Origin: Nymphaea colorata
Lineage: Eukaryota
DNA: 64,000 nucleotides
Direction of reading: 5' to 3'
NCBI RefSeq assembly: GCF_008831285.2
Contig: NC_045138.2
Span: 10,478,001 to 10,542,000, forward strand
In this document: piece after piece, positions 39,031-53,857 of the stretch
Numbering within the stretch: position 1 is the stretch's first letter
Layout of the letters: the number at the start of each line of letters is the position of its first letter
Made by a program: the position numbers and the translations under genes
Notes under the pieces: generated by a model
Database searches by the model: none
What the model saw: only the letters and a program-made list of their open reading frames with translations
Told to the model about the DNA's origin: nothing

Positions 39031-39912
39031 GTGATCTTTATTTCTCCTGATGGCACTTTAAGATTTTGGTAGTAGTATTTTAATCAAAATCATGCTCCAT
39101 TTCGTGCTGTTTTGATTGAGATTGCTTGCAAATTCATCGTTCTGAGGATTTCGTTCCTAACTGGTTATTTTGTTTTATTTTATTGAGAACAACTACTTGT
39201 TAAAACTTAAAAGGGTTGCTTTTCTGCTGTCTGCGCATATTGGAAGCAGAAGGTGGAATCGAGAACGTCAACGACTTAACATGTGCCGGAAAATGTGCAG
39301 GAGCGATGCCGTGTATATGCATATAATATAGGAATTTATACGTATCTCTCTCTCGTCTATATTCTTTTTTTTGGTGAAAATACTGCAGGTGCACTTATGT
39401 GAAATGTAGACGGCCAGTTATAGTCGTAAAAAACTAGTCGTTTTGATTGTACTGTCTTTTTCTTGAGATAATTTTTTAGGTCCTTGGAGACTGAGGCTTC
39501 ACCAAGCTATGAATTATAATATGTATTAATCGATTCTTTGAGAGTTATGTGCTGTCAATGGGAATATAAGCAATACATATTTTTCTTTATATTAGAAAAA
39601 GAAAAAGGATCCTCGCCTTAATCTTCTAACATCAAAAACGTCTTTATATATTATATGTATATATCTGTCTTTACCTGTATTACATAGTGATCAACAGTAT
39701 GCCATCAAAGAAAAAAAAATTTACTTCTAGTTATTCCTATTGTATGTGTCCTTGTTGAGATGGTGTTTTTGGTTCTTAGAGACTGAGGCGTCAGAACGCT
39801 ATGAGTAATGATGTGTATTTTATTTTGAATTATTAATATCATAGTGGCATGATTTTTTTCCATGCCATTGTTTTCACTTTTTTTTTCTCTATGGGATTTG
39901 GCCGGCTTTCAG

Positions 39913-39991
39913 TGCAGGAAGCAGAAAGATCTCTATCTTTGGATGGCTAAGTGTCCTGATGGTCCGTCAGTGAAGTTCTTGGTTAATGCAG
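39913..39991 (+). CDS. BRX1: BRX1 exon 3
   Basis: ttcag|CRKQKDLYLWMAKCPDGPSVKFLVNA|gtaat. Confidence 0.95.
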
Positions 39992-40180
39992 GTAATTTAT
40001 TCTTGCAACAGCACATCTATTTCTTTCTGGTCCACTTGTTGATATTCCTATCTTTATTCGACATGTTAAAGTTTTTTTTAAAAGTGTTGTATTCTTTTCA
40101 ATAATGAATTTGTCCTAAAAAAGTTGTGTTTGAAGCTTATGCTTCTTTTTGTATTTTGTATCTCCTTATTCTTTCATCAG

Positions 40181-40305
40181 TACACACAATGGAAGAATTG
40201 AAGTTGACTGGCAATCATTTAAAAGGGTCAAGGCCAATCTTGACTTTCTCAGAGAACTTTGATGCAAAACCTCATTGGCAGCTACTAAAAGAGATGATCA
40301 CACAG
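40181..40305 (+). CDS. BRX1: BRX1 exon 4
   Basis: atcag|VHTMEELKLTGNHLKGSRP...EMITQ|gttaa. Confidence 0.95.
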
Positions 40306-42149
40306 GTTAATTTCACATACTTGTTTCTGCCATTTGTTTGTTTCTTTAGCATTGGCTTCCATTTTAAAATTGATATTCCTGTTTCTTTTTTCTTTGGACT
40401 TTTGGATGTCAATAGCACATTTTTTGATATATTGATCCTCTTAATGATATCCTTTAAATCCTAATTTGTCGTGAATCGTGGTATGAACCAGATTTGATAT
40501 GAATCATGTTTGCACAGAGAGGGTTTGGGTGCATGGACTGTACCCTGAATGTGTTTCATCATGTGCAGACCAAATCCCAGCCCTGTCTGATGTCTAACCA
40601 TGTTGATGCAGGTGCATTGGCAATTTAGATGAGTCTGCGTGATGTAGCTGACTGCTGGCTAAAGCCACTAAACGTTTTCCTTTCTTATACAGAAAGACAA
40701 ACAACATAATATGAGCTAACCATTTGCATTTCAGCTGAGATTCCAATGCATATGGCCGTCATGGTTCTCTCCTACTCAGCATTAATTTGTTGAATCATAT
40801 CAAAACTTTAGATATCTTTAGTTTCCCTGCCAATTCTGTGGGAGATTATTGTTCTTTTTATTTCTCAGAATCATTTTATTTTCTCTTGATTTTTTTAGAT
40901 TAACCTATAAACACAAGATGATGGTAGTGGTTGTCTTGTACATGAATGATTTTGTTCAATGAGAATATCACGTGCATGTTTTTTCCTTTAATTGCTGCTA
41001 TGATACAATTTGTTCTTTGTTGGTTGTAGAGCCACAGTTCTAAAGCTAGCATGCTTGCCTCTAGATGTGCATGATTGAGTTATATTCAGCAATAAGGATC
41101 TAGTTCTGTATGCTGCGAGTTCTCGCAATAAGTTTCTCTTTTTTTGTTCCCACAGGGCAAGCATCTGCTTTTCCAGTCCATTACAGTAAGAAACTTCACG
41201 TGCAAATCACTTTCCAGAGGATGGGTTTTCACTAGAGAACCATTTGGGTTTAGGTACCTTGCATGTTGGGGCTAAAAAATTGTTGTTTTATGGGTGTCGC
41301 AAGGGCGCAGAGTAATCTCAAAAGATTTGGCTGTGGAGACACAAACACACACACATATGTATAACAAATTTAAGATTTTAAACAAACAAAAAAATGCATT
41401 CATTATTTACAATTTATAATTATGAAACATAAGCTAATAAACAAATCAAGTAATAAACATACCAAAGTACATCATGTACGATGTTCGTGAGAATGACATG
41501 ACAAACTTATCATTGATCTAATTCATCATCAGAATTGTAAGCTGTGTCACATGAACACTCCTATTGAAGTGAAGTACTAGTGTCGACACAAGTCGACATT
41601 GGTACTGGTATTAGTACTGCCTTGAACACTGCTCAGGTATGGGGTTGACCGTGTTGGGTACGGTCAATGCACTCGAGGCTGAATCTATTGAATTCTGGAG
41701 TCGGTCCAACTTGGTTGAGTCCAAAATCGTCCAAATTTTAGTTTTTTTTTAAATATGCATCTATGTTAGTTTTTGGCCTGTTTCCCCACTTCTTCTACAC
41801 TTTGACCAGCTGCATCTTATTGCTGTTGTGCCTGTACACTTCTCTGTAATCTATTTGTTTTTAGTTTTATTATCGTGTCTCCATGCCCAAGTTTTTTTCA
41901 AAGTTCTTCGTGCCCATACCTGTACCTATGTGGCATAGATTGGAAGGGCAGACTCCTCAAAGCTCATATTTGGAGTATGCAAATTGTATTTTCTTTCCAT
42001 GTCAAAGTCCTTTAAATTTACATCCCAAAACATGGAAGGTCTCTAACTACAATACAATATGACTTAATAATTAATATTTAACTTGAAATAACAAATCAAA
42101 CATTCAAATTTAAATTGTTTATATCATAGATGAAAACAAAAGGTACCTA

Positions 42150-44040
42150 TAATCATCAAAAGTGCATGAAAGTAATTGGAAGCTGGAGTGGACATAAATT
42201 AAACCTCAACTCTCTTGCTGGTGAGTTTTTCAATGTTGCAAATGTGAGAATATATGCTCCATTTTCTTTCACAAAAGTAGATGTAACAGGCTAGGATAGC
42301 AACTTCATTGCAAGACACGGGAGATTTGGTGTCTTTAATTCATATGATGCCCGCTAGTTAATATGATCTTCGTCATCCTTTACCTTTAGAGCTGTTGAAA
42401 AGTCAAATTTCTCAGTCGAAAACTTTTAAGACTCAATTTTTATTAACATTGCCACAGAAAATCCATATTTTCAGAAAAAACACCCGTTTTATATGTCAAC
42501 AATAAGTAAGCTGAAAAAAACCCATCTTTTTGAAAAAGATGCCAAAACAAATGAATGTCAACAAATGCAAAAAATGCATTTTTGCATTTTTTTATTTATA
42601 TATTTTATTTTCACGTTTTTTGCATGTAGGATTTTTTTTTTTAAAAACTTGCTGAGATTTTGCCAAGATTTTCGAGTTTGCTATATTATGCCCGAGAAAA
42701 ATCTCACTGTTAAAAACCCGCAAATGATATTTGAGACAATGTCAGTAACTTCAGCATATGATGACCATTAAAGAGTCTTTCCAAGCATGTCATCTATTTT
42801 TTGATATTTTTGGATCTTCATGTGAAGGAACGCAACGAAGACCTCTTGACAGCACTTTTATCTGTAAAAATTTGAACTAATTGAGTGTGCTAGCAAAGCA
42901 ACAGTTTATCACTTTTATCCCACCTTTTCACTAAAATTGCATGCTTATGGTTCAAAGTTTCAAACATCTGAACCATCAAGTGTAAAATCATTTTTCTCAT
43001 GTTTGAAATTATTATTTTGAATTTTCAATTTATGTTATCCCATTGGCTCCTTCTTTATCAACTTTCTTTACCATCCCCCAAATAGGCTCTGTAAGTTGAA
43101 GTAAATATGCAATTTTATCCCACAATAAATATATCCAGAATGTACCTTTTGATTGTTTGGGGCCTTTATATCAACTTTGCTATGATAGAAATCTCAGTAT
43201 TTGTCAGTCACTATCACCATTAATGCACTTTTGACTTGCTTATATCGTTTCATCATTACAATCATATGAGTGAAACAAGTCCTAGCAGCCTTCAATAACG
43301 TTAGATCATAATTCCTATTAAAAAAAGAATATGTTGATGGCCTACAACAAAATTTATGGAGATTCTGATGTCCTGCTTAAGTTCTTTAATCCATGAACAT
43401 GGATTATATGAATTTGCATCTTTTGTCAGGGTTATATATTTTTCAGCGCCAGATAAGTTTTGTCCCATATAAAGAGTCTATAAAATATGATTCTAGTTGG
43501 ATCCTTGCCAAATTCATTCTACGACTTCAGAATAGAGCATTGTTGGTAATGATCTACACAAAACCAGATTATCTTCACCCACTTCTTTATTACTTCTATA
43601 AATAATTCCTTTAAATACTCAACATCTGTATCCTCCCCATATGCATCAAGATGCTTTAAAAAGATTGGCACATCAGATGAACAGTAAATAAAATTTATCA
43701 ATGGCTGCTTTTGTATATACCAGTCCACCCATCAGCTATGTTGTTAAGGCGCCATGTGCCTTGGCGCTAGGCAGCGCCTCGGCAAAAAAAGCAACCAATT
43801 TTTTTGTAAAAGTTATGTTAAAAACCCTAGAAAAATCTCGGCGTTGAAACCCCGAGAATGATATTTTTGACAATGGTTTTAATGCCCTTTCTATTGTTTT
43901 ATTAGCTTCCAAGCCATCTTTCTTTTCTTTGAAGATTTTTTTTTCAACATTAATAAAAGTTATAGATAGTTCACTTGTTTTTTTTAATCTTTCATCTTGC
44001 CAGCTTTTCCTTTTTAACTTCTTCAATATGTTTTGTCAAC
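42150..44040 (-). pseudogene. Highly decayed hAT (DUF659-type) transposase relic in BRX1 intron 4, with inserted MITE fragments
   Basis: DGW..IQKQPLINF...IFLKHLDA and IITNNA motifs. At 43736 it is interrupted by a CTATGTTGTTAAGGCG terminus. Boundaries approximate. Confidence 0.6.
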
Positions 44041-44378
44041 CTTCTTGCATGATCTAATTTCACGACTGTAGATTTGTGGAAAAATGTGCTTTAACACGTG
44101 GATGAGTTAGTGAATTGTCCGTAACCCAAAGTGCAAACAAACTGCACATTCCCACCACTACCACTAGCTTTTTCTCCTCTTACCACAAGCTTCCAAAGTT
44201 ACTGAGTAACAATTAGATTCGCACTATTGCTAGAGATTGCTACAGTGATGCCCACAACTCAAAAGAAAGTTGCGTGCTTGATTTTCACAACCACAATCTG
44301 AATAGCAATGCATGAGAATCATTGAAAAACATAAGCATAAAGAACAACTCATACAAAATGACACTAACTGGGGAAAAC

Positions 44379-44774
44379 CTATGTCACACGGACACTTCAA
44401 AATGGGCCAAGTACCGGTGTCGACACTCCGACACCTGGATACCGACACTTGGACACGGCAGGATACTTTTTGGATCGGGTCTGGGTCAGACCCGATCCGA
44501 ACCACTTTACTAACTCGACATTCTTTGTTTTGTTTGAGACTTCTTTCTTATGACTTATGAGATTGGTCATGAACAATGTTTTGTTTGAGAATCTGAGACT
44601 TTCTTTCTTATGACTTATGAGATTGTAAGAGTGAATTATTAATTTAATGTTTTTTTAATTTTTTAAAATATAAAATTCGACGTGTCCGCGTATCCTAAAA
44701 TTTTGAAAATTGCCGTACCCGCGTACCCGTACCCGCACCCATAGGATACCCGTACCCGTATCCGTGTGACATAG
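44379..44774. mobile_element. hAT MITE (396 bp), TIR family CTATGTCAC
   Basis: TIRs CTATGTCACACGGA / TCCGTGTGACATAG. Perfect 8-bp TSD GGGAAAAC. Subterminal CCGTAC repeats. Confidence 0.93.
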
Positions 44775-45564
44775 GGGAAAACCAATGTCATTTGTTACAA
44801 ACGATGTATTATTTGACAGAGAAAGACACTTAATTTGGGATAATTTGTAGAAGGGGCTAGTTTGTAAAATCTGACTGGATGATATATCCCTTGTTACGAG
44901 TACTCAACACTCATCATCAATGTTGTAAAAGGTGTAGCGTAATGCATATCAGTCAGGTCGACCTAGGTATACGCCATATCGTAACATATCGCTAACGTAG
45001 TATAGCGTTTCCTAAAATTAATTTTTAAATTTTAAAAAGTTAAAAAATCAGAAAAATAGAGAAATAAGCATAAAAAAATCCGGAAAAATAAACAAAAATC
45101 AAGAATAATGTGTTCAATATAAAAAAAATCATGATGCATAAGGGACATTCATGTATATCAACAACATATTCAAAAATAAGAAATCAAAGATTCAAAATAA
45201 CATAATAAGCATCCGTTGCAATTTTAAACTTGAAAATTTTATAGAATCTTAGGAACCAAAAACCCTCTTTCTCCATTACTGTGTTGACACAAGTGTGTTG
45301 CAAAAAATGAAGTGTCTATGTGGCATAGGAAAGACATTATGTTGCTTACTTATGTTGAGCATGGATTTCAAAAATGGCATTTAACTTGGTCGTGGTTAAC
45401 TAATCACTGTGATCACAAGTTTTCTACTTCATCTTAACATGCTTCATGAGTCTGTTGCTATTGTTTGTGCTGTGAATGCAACATCTCTTCCATATTGCCC
45501 CTTTTATGGAGTAGTTTTACTAAATTTGGCATGCTAACCTTATTTTGCTTTGTTTTTGTTACAG

Positions 45565-45666
45565 ATTTTTGCAACCCCGAAAGATCATAAAAAAGCTAAA
45601 CCATTTCATGACCATGTATTTGCTTTTTCAATCGTTGATGATCATATATGGTTCCGGAATTATCAG
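45565..45666 (+). CDS. BRX1: BRX1 exon 5
   Basis: tacag|IFATPKDHKKAKPFHDHVFAFSIVDDHIWFRNYQ|gtaac. Confidence 0.95.
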
Positions 45667-47958
45667 GTAACCCTTTCCCTGTTAAGTGCTTTTATAATTA
45701 GTTGTCAACTCAGTGCAAGCCAATCAATCATGTTAATATAAACTGCGATGAGACTGGAACACAATTAAAAAACCAAATTATTCCACATAATTGGTAAAAG
45801 TTCATCATTTCTCAAGTTCCTGCTTATGCTTCAGTATCCCTTCGGAACATTCAAGGGGTTGGGTTGCTTGTATTTTCAAACAAAAATGGCTCTAAATTAT
45901 GTGAAAAAACCATTTACTTTCAAGTTCTCTTATAGTCTCTTCAGGTTTTCTCTCAGGTGTCAAGTTTTTCAGTTTCCCTATGGACAATGGTTTTTACTTT
46001 TTTTGTTGATGTATTGTGGTTGTTGAGTAGGTTCAGAACTTAGTAATCGCTGGATGAGCAACTGAGGTTGAGTTGCTTTTCACAAATTACCAGACATATT
46101 TCCTTTTGATCTGGACATATTTTTGGCATAAAGGATTAGTTTTGCATGAGTTATTGATTAAACATATTTGCAGACATCCATAAGTTCCCATCTTGTCACA
46201 TGTACAGGCATGGACACTGGTGCACATACAACCAATTTGCATGTGTAGATCCTTGCGATATCTTAGCTTTTGTTACATGAGGTTGAGTCTATTGGTTTAG
46301 TGGGTGTACTCTGGTCGTTGGTAGACTCTGCCCCAATTAGATAATTCCTATATGGCTAAGAAATCATTTACTGCACATATCATGAAGAAATTTACTAATC
46401 ACAACTACCAGGAAGATGTATGTTCTTGGACAATGGGGAAAAACTGCAATTATGTAGTTATTTTACATAAATACTTGGATTAGGTTTGAATCGTTTGATT
46501 ACATCGGATATGATCTGATCTCTAGATTCTCAGAGTTTTAGATCCATGGATATGAGATCAGCCTCCTGATCTTATCCATGGATTTAAGATCAGCCTCCTG
46601 ATCTTATATCAGATCTTTTGACAATGTGACAGAAAAGAAGGAGCTTAATTGTGAACCTTAGATCTGACATTATGTCCCTAGTTTGATAAACCTGAAGTGT
46701 TCCTTGTAAAATTAGTAACACCGTGCCAAATCAGATCCATGGATTTGAGATCCTAGGCTTTCAAATATGTCATAGTATTTTGGAAGAGATGTTGAATTAT
46801 AAGATCAGGATGTATGCATCACAGCGAAACGGTAGTTCCTCCCATCAATTAGCACTTTAGTCACATGGTATTGATCTCTACTCTCTCTATCAATTAGCAT
46901 TTTAGTTTTGGCTAGGTGAAGAAAAGCCATCCTTTGACTCCTATCACCAAATGTACACTAGTAGCCGTTTTGTTGGCAAGACATTCTTGCCCTCCTGAAT
47001 TTCCTGATTGGACGCATCTTTGACCTTCTAACAAGGTTTGCTGCTTCTGAATTTTGAACATGTAATATCATGCCAGTGATAGTGGTGGTGCTCGCAAGTT
47101 TCTCCGACCAGATGAGAGCTCTTCTAGTTCTAGGTCTTTCATCAATTTCTGTTGAATGAGACAGTGCACTATCCTTTTTGCTCTTTCCTTCCCTCAATTG
47201 TTTAATGGTCATTAATATTTGACATATTAGCTTTTCTCAGAACTGCTCTGGAAAGTAGCCAACTTTTTTCAAAGTGGTAAATTTAGGTTAGCTAAATATT
47301 TAACATTTTAAACATTTCCATCGTACAGAAACTTTTGTTCTGGAGTGCATCTGATGCTATTCTATCAACTCTGGATGCTTTAAGAAAAGTGCATTTGAAT
47401 GTTTTATCATTTCTTTTGTTTTTGAGAATCCTTTCTGCCATGTTTGTTTGTCAACAATTTTAACATGTTGTAGGTTTTATTTGAGAACACTTTTAAGATT
47501 CATATTCTGTGCGTTTTCTTTGAAATGTTGATGAATTGGTGGTCTGAAATCATGTGCATAGTTGATGACTGAATGTTTAAATTTTCATCAGGGTAAAGAT
47601 TTGTGCCATTCCTGGTGGAAGAAAAAAATCCATCACTCCATGTACTTTGACATTTCTGTAAATTGTCCTTCAAATAAATCAGTGAGACATAATTCTGGTG
47701 ACTGTGGGACATCTTTGGTTAATTTGCAAATTCATCTATTTTTTCTCGTTATTTTAAAGCTCACAGAAAACTCATCTGCGTACATTTTTATTTTCTTAAT
47801 TTCAATCCCATCAAGAAAGTTATCTCCTCGTTTCTACTACATGTTTGAGTGATCCTATCCTTTTTGCTTTAGTAAGGAAATCTAATGAAATGAAGCAGTC
47901 TCATTTATCTTGTTGTGTTTTTACTAAATGATTTTTATAATAAATATCAACATTGCAG

Positions 47959-48027
47959 ATTTCTGTTCCACATAGTGACGTTGATAAAGTTGCCCATGGT
48001 GGCTTAGACAAAATGACACTTGTAGAG
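47959..48027 (+). CDS. BRX1: BRX1 exon 6
   Basis: tgcag|ISVPHSDVDKVAHGGLDKMTLVE|gtttg (not in the ORF track). Confidence 0.92.
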
Positions 48028-48127
48028 GTTTGTTTTGCTTGACATTTTGTATAGTCTCCTGAGATGAATATGAATTCTCTGGTGCTTCAGTAACTACTGT
48101 TTCTCATTTGTGGTGTTCATTACATAG

Positions 48128-48226
48128 GTTGGACCGCGGTTTTGTTTAAACCCTATTAGAATATTTAGTGGCAGCTTTGGAGGTCAGACACTTTATCAGA
48201 ATCCATACTATGTATCACCAAATCAG
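48128..48226 (+). CDS. BRX1: BRX1 exon 7
   Basis: catag|VGPRFCLNPIRIFSGSFGGQTLYQNPYYVSPNQ|gtaag. Brix-family EVGPRF motif. Confidence 0.95.
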
Positions 48227-48305
48227 GTAAGTTTGGCCTTATTTTGTTTGGAAGCTTTTTAGGGTTACACATTTTAAAGTATTTGGGTTATTGATCTTTT
48301 ATATT

Positions 48306-51300
48306 CTATGTCACATGGTGCGGGTGTGGCGAGACAAATATTATATTATATATATATATGTATAAAAGAAAATTTTAAATAAAAACTAACAAATAACCAC
48401 TACAAATCAACAAGGATAAGATAATTAGAGTTTTAAGGATTGTTCCATCAACTGATTCAACAATTACAATAAATAAAATAAAATTCATCATTCTTGTTTT
48501 AATCTATTCATCATTCTAATCTTCCTTCATCAATTTCTTTATTATCTTCAGTCCTTTCACTAAAATCAATATCATGCATCGTACTTTAGCTTAATTATGC
48601 ATTCATCCATAATTTAGAGTTTAAATCCCATGAATTAATATATATATATGCATATATATATATATATATTTTGTTAAGAGCTTATGGTTCAAATTTGGTG
48701 CAAAGCAAGGTGAAGATATTTTTTGGTGTTTTGGAGCAGGTTTCCAATATAACAGAGATCCATATCCAAATCCAGAGGCTCAATTAGATTAAACCAGGGA
48801 GCTAAACCTCAAATCTACATTCAAAAATTCAAGATCCATATATGAGATAAAACTTCAAAATAATGCGACCAAAAAATGGGAAGCGCCTTGTGCTAGCACA
48901 TTTTAGAATAGATTAAGTAGGTTTGAAAATTTTTGCTGAAATCAGCTAAATCTTGATTAGCAGTTTGTAAGTTGTGCTCTCCATCAAAATCGAATTCTTC
49001 TGCGTCCACATCCCTATATTGAGATGATTCGCAGCTGCATTTAATTATAAGATGAAAATTAAATAGTTGAAATATTGAATTAACAAAATAACAAAAGAAA
49101 ATATAGAATCATAGATGGTATCATACCTATATTCTTTATCATTTCTTGAAAGTAGATGCAAATTGGAGTGCACATAAACAAGATCTTCTGCACGCTTGCT
49201 AATGAGTTTATTCCTTTTAATATTATGTATATGAATATGAAAATATATGCTCCAATTCCTTTCACAACATGCCGATGTAATAGGCTGACTAAGTAATTTC
49301 AATGCCAATTTTTGAAGAGTTGGCATTTTTAATCCATATGTTGACCACCAATCAAAAGGACTTAATTCCTCATCTTCTCTTGCTATCTCTACATCTCTAG
49401 ATTCAAATCTTCCTGCATTGAACTTTGAATATTCATAACTAGTTTGTTTTTAACATAGGGATCTGAATAAAGTCTCTCCATGTATGATATTCTATTCTTC
49501 GATATCTCATGATCTTGATTTGGAGGGACACATCCAGGATCTCCTTCTAGCCATTTTTTTGAATAATATTTAGGATTTAAAGAATGAGCCATGCGGTGTA
49601 GGAGAGTATTGCTCTTATCCCATCTTTTTACTAGTATTAAATGAATGTGATAAAAAAAGTCCGAATTATCAAGTACAATACATTTTTTTCGCGCTTGAAA
49701 GCTATAAGTTGAATTTGCTCAATTATATTATCCTACATTTCGTAAACCTTAAGCATATGCTCATCTTTATCCACTTCTCTCAGCATTCCAAATTGGTTAT
49801 GTGAACTCCAAAAAATATGTCAACCTATCTCACCATTTATCATCCACAATAATGTTCTTGATTGCTTGAGCTTTAACCTCATCTTCAACACGATAGAAAT
49901 TCTAATCTTTGTCAGCCACCATATGAACTAATGCCTTCTTTACTCGTTGAAAACTTTTCAACATGACCTTGATGGAAGCAAACCATGTCTCAGCAACTTT
50001 CAATAATTTCAAATCTGAATCATGTTGGTGATTGACAATGAAATTTTTGATATTCTTTGCATCTTTTTCCATGTCTTGAATCCATGAAAATAGTTCATGT
50101 TCTCGAGGATCTTGTTCTTCAGTTGGTGGAGTGCATATCTCCTTCAATTTCAAATTCAGGGTATGTGTAACACATGGAGTCCGAAAGACATCAGGAAACT
50201 CACTCATTAAACTTAAGCCAACACTTTTACAGACAACAACATTATCTGTGATGATCTGTACTACCTTACCAGGACCAACCTCTTTGATGACTTCACGAAT
50301 AACCGCTTCAAATATTCAACATCTTTGTACTCCCCGGATGCATCAACTGTCTTAAAAAAATACTGGCTCATCACAAGCAATAACAACAAAGTTAATTAGT
50401 GGATGCCTTTGAATGTCTGTCTACCCATAAGAAACAATTGATGTTCCAGTTCTATTCCATTTAAACTTTGTCATAGCCAATTTTTGTTCAACATCATTCT
50501 TTTCATCTCTAAGAATTGACGTTCGTAACCTTTCTGAGCTTGGAGGTAAATATCCAACCAATTTGCTACTCGCACACAAACTTGTTCCAGTGGAGATTTC
50601 TAGTTATGTTGAAAGGAATGCAGCTAGAATACAAAACCTTACCGGCTAGCTTATCTAACTTTGCTCTTCCACATGAATTAAAACATGCCTCTAAAGTATT
50701 CTCACAGGCCTTTTTTTTCTTATCAACAACTTTAAGAGACATGGTTTTGTCACCACCGCTTGTTCTCTTGCATTGATCAACAATCTCTTGTAACTTCCTA
50801 TACTTTCTAAGTTTGTCTGCAGGAATTTTGTTAATTGAATTCCAAAATTTGCTATCTTCAAGAGATGCACTTTTACTCTTGTGGAAGATCCAACAAATGA
50901 ACCCTCACAATATTTACACACAAAACGTACATTACCACTGCTACCACTGCCTGTGGATGCATCTTTTGTGACAACCTGAATTCCTTTCCACAATGGTTTC
51001 TCTTCGCTTGCATATACAGAACTAGGCTGCGAGCCAGACCTTGATTGTGTAACGTTATTTAGACTTGATGAAGAAGATCCTATTGCTGGAGATTCTGACA
51101 TGGTAGTATTTCGTTTCCCTTTGTCAGCCATCAAGTAAATTTCACATTCCCTTTGTCTCCATCAAGTAAATTTCACCTTCAAATTTCAAAACTGAAAAGT
51201 TAAATGATAGTGCCTAAATCTAACATATATATAAAATCTAATCGACGAGCTGATGATCCATGACCATTTATGATTAATTATATACAACAGATTATAATTA

Positions 51301-52293
51301 TACTATATTTACTATATATCATTCAAGCTTCAAATCCACGAGCTGATTACAAAAAAGGGAAAATCTATGACAAGCCAATATGACGATAAAAGAGTATGTA
51401 AGAATCCCAATCAAATTCAGGAACATGATGTAAGATTCAACATAAAATATATACAAATCAAAGAACAGAAAGATAGAAACAAAAATAAAAAATCAGCAAG
51501 GCACAAGAGGAGGAAAATCTGTCTCTACATGCTTATGAACAAAAATAAAAAATGCTATGAACAGAAAGATAGAAACATAAATATACAATAATATAGGATG
51601 AGTAGCTGACAACAAAAACAAAAAAATTGTCGGAAATCAGCTAAAATCGCCAGAATGTTCAAGAGTGGAAATTGGCAATTTGGCAGTAATTGGGGAAATT
51701 GGGTAAATCAGCAAGGAGCTTTTCAATTGAATGTTCAGAATGTCTAGTTGAGGCATGGGGATGGAAACCCGTCGTCTAACCAGTAGGTTGGCCAGAAAAC
51801 GACGTGAAATCAGGCGGAAGAAGAGTGTGCGGTCATCAGTTGATGAGGGAGTTGGGTACACCTATCTAAACCAAGTGGACACCGGGGAAACCCTCTGTTG
51901 TAGAGGGATTGGACTAGTAGGTAGGCGTCAAAAAATCGACCAAAGAAGACGTTGGAGAGAAGACGATTCGCCGGAGAAAACCACGATTTGTCAGAAATCT
52001 TCGTCGGCCATTGGAAACAAGCTCCTCACGAAGCACATGTGCAGTCGGCCATTGGGCAGCTGAAGGGCTTCAATGAAGCCCTAATAAAAATAAAACCCTT
52101 GTTTGACAAGGGTTTATGATTTTCAAGTACAAAAAAAAATCGTTAAAAAGAGAACATATTCGTCATTGACTTGAGTCGGGTGCGCCTTAGACGTGCCATC
52201 TATTCCAACGGGTGCGGCAGACCAGTGCCATGTCGGGCAGTACCCATCCGTGCACCCGGGTGCGGCGGCCTGTTAGGTGAATTTGTGTGACAG
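48306..52293 (-). mobile_element. hAT DNA transposon, near full length, transposase disrupted
   Basis: Termini CTATGTCACA... / ...TGTGACAG (2-nt loss). TSD TTTATATT / TTTATGTT (7/8). Subterminal GGTGCGG motifs. Confidence 0.88.
48990..51134 (-). pseudogene. hAT transposase (BED zinc finger, DUF659, dimerisation domain)
   Basis: CKYC...TRVKVHLL, TPCVTHTLNL, AHSLNPKYY, LQKLALKLLSQPITSACCERNWS...KRAEDLVYVHSNL. Multiple frameshifts. Confidence 0.9.
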
Positions 52294-52794
52294 TTTATGT
52301 TTGCTTTTTAGAAGTGATTCGGTCATGTTTCAGTGGTATGGTAAGAGTAAAATAATGTTACTCCAACATCATCTTTGAGGCCTTGTGTGAACTGCACGAA
52401 TGGTCACAATCTTAGTTGTCAAGGTGGCTAGGCGCTGCCTAGGCGCGCCTGGGCAGGCCTAGCCTCAAAAGTTGTCCAAAAGTCATTGCAATTTTGCTTA
52501 GTTATTTTTAACTCTAAAATGTTAGCTTTATGTTTTATGTGTTAAGTTAGCATATTAGCAAGTTAGCATTAGTCCAAATCAACTTATAAAACAGCAAAAT
52601 AAAATGTTTTAATGCATTGATAAATAGTGAAATGTCTGGCTATAGTTGGTTCTGGTCAAATGCCAGGCTTTCAACTGTTTTTTGTGTTTGAAGATTAGTT
52701 CCTCATAACAATTAACAATAGAGATAGGATTGCATTCAACGTATGGAAAGATAGAAGAAATCAGTTACCAAAATTGATAGGATGACATTCAAAG

Positions 52795-53476
52795 CAATGT
52801 TATAAAAAGCGTATCGTAAGCCGTATTCTGGCTTTAAGATACACTGTATCGTAAAATATCGTAACGTATCGTAACCTTTTCGTTTTTTTTAATAAATCAG
52901 AAAAAATAGGAAAAAAATTCAAAAAATTCATAAAAAATCAGTAAAAAACAAGAATAATATGTTCTTCATAAAAAAACACATAGATTTATAAGTCATAACG
53001 TCCATAAGTCTACGAGATACCACATCAAAAAACAAGTTTTAGATGTTATGTATTACATCACAAGATGTTAATAAAATTGTGAAAATGTTCAATGTCAATA
53101 CATATAAAATGAAAGCACTCTCGACTCTCATTTATAATCTTCATCATATTCATTCTCATCCTCATTTCCATCTTCTTCTTCATTTTCGTCTTCATGATTT
53201 AAAAAAACCTCTTTCCTCCAACGAGAATCAGCCACCCACGCACAAATCCATGGTTTAATCGATGATTTCATTTTGAAAATTGATGATTTAACGATGGAAA
53301 TCGATAATTTCCCTCCATGGCGGCACGATCTCTAGGTTAAAAATGAAGAAGGGCCGGGTTTTTATAAAAAAAACTCGAAAAGGGGGGTTTCAGCCCCCAT
53401 TTTTTGAAATCAGCTTCTATTGTACGATACGGGACGCGTATCGTATTTTGTAAAAGATACGTATCGTACAACACTG
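52795..53476. mobile_element. hAT MITE (682 bp), CGATAC-repeat family
   Basis: TIRs CAATGTTATA / TACAACACTG. Perfect TSD ATTCAAAG. Confidence 0.92.
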
Positions 53477-53719
53477 ATTCAAAGTATGGAGAGTTAGAAT
53501 AAGAAACCAGTTATAATAAAAGCTCTCACTGATGCTACAAGTTACAATATATACACAAACAAATATGGAACTCATAGATAAATACTTGTACAACACAGAA
53601 AAAGACACTTTGAAACACATAATGCACACAGTAAACACTTTGAAAACACACAGCAAACACTTTGCTTAGGTTTGTTTCTAAGTGAACAGGTTTTTCGAAC
53701 ACTGATATACCCCTTTGAC

Positions 53720-53822
53720 CTATGTCACATAGGTGCGAGGTGTGGGTGCCGGTGTAGCACATTCAAAAAAGTTTAGGTCCGGCGGTGCGGCGAGGGTAAT
53801 TTACTATTATTATTGTTATTAC

Positions 53823-53857
<35 letters not shown>

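Noticed and set aside
38587..39072. Single-exon 161-aa protein
   Set aside because: Read-through of exon 1, intron 1, exon 2 and the start of intron 2 of BRX1.
42447..42741. MITE with CATTG...GACAATG ends (similar ends near 43874 and 46626)
   Set aside because: TIR and TSD matches are too weak to define boundaries.
48672..48985. Possible solo LTR (TG...CA) inside the hAT element
   Set aside because: No TSD and no second copy in the window.
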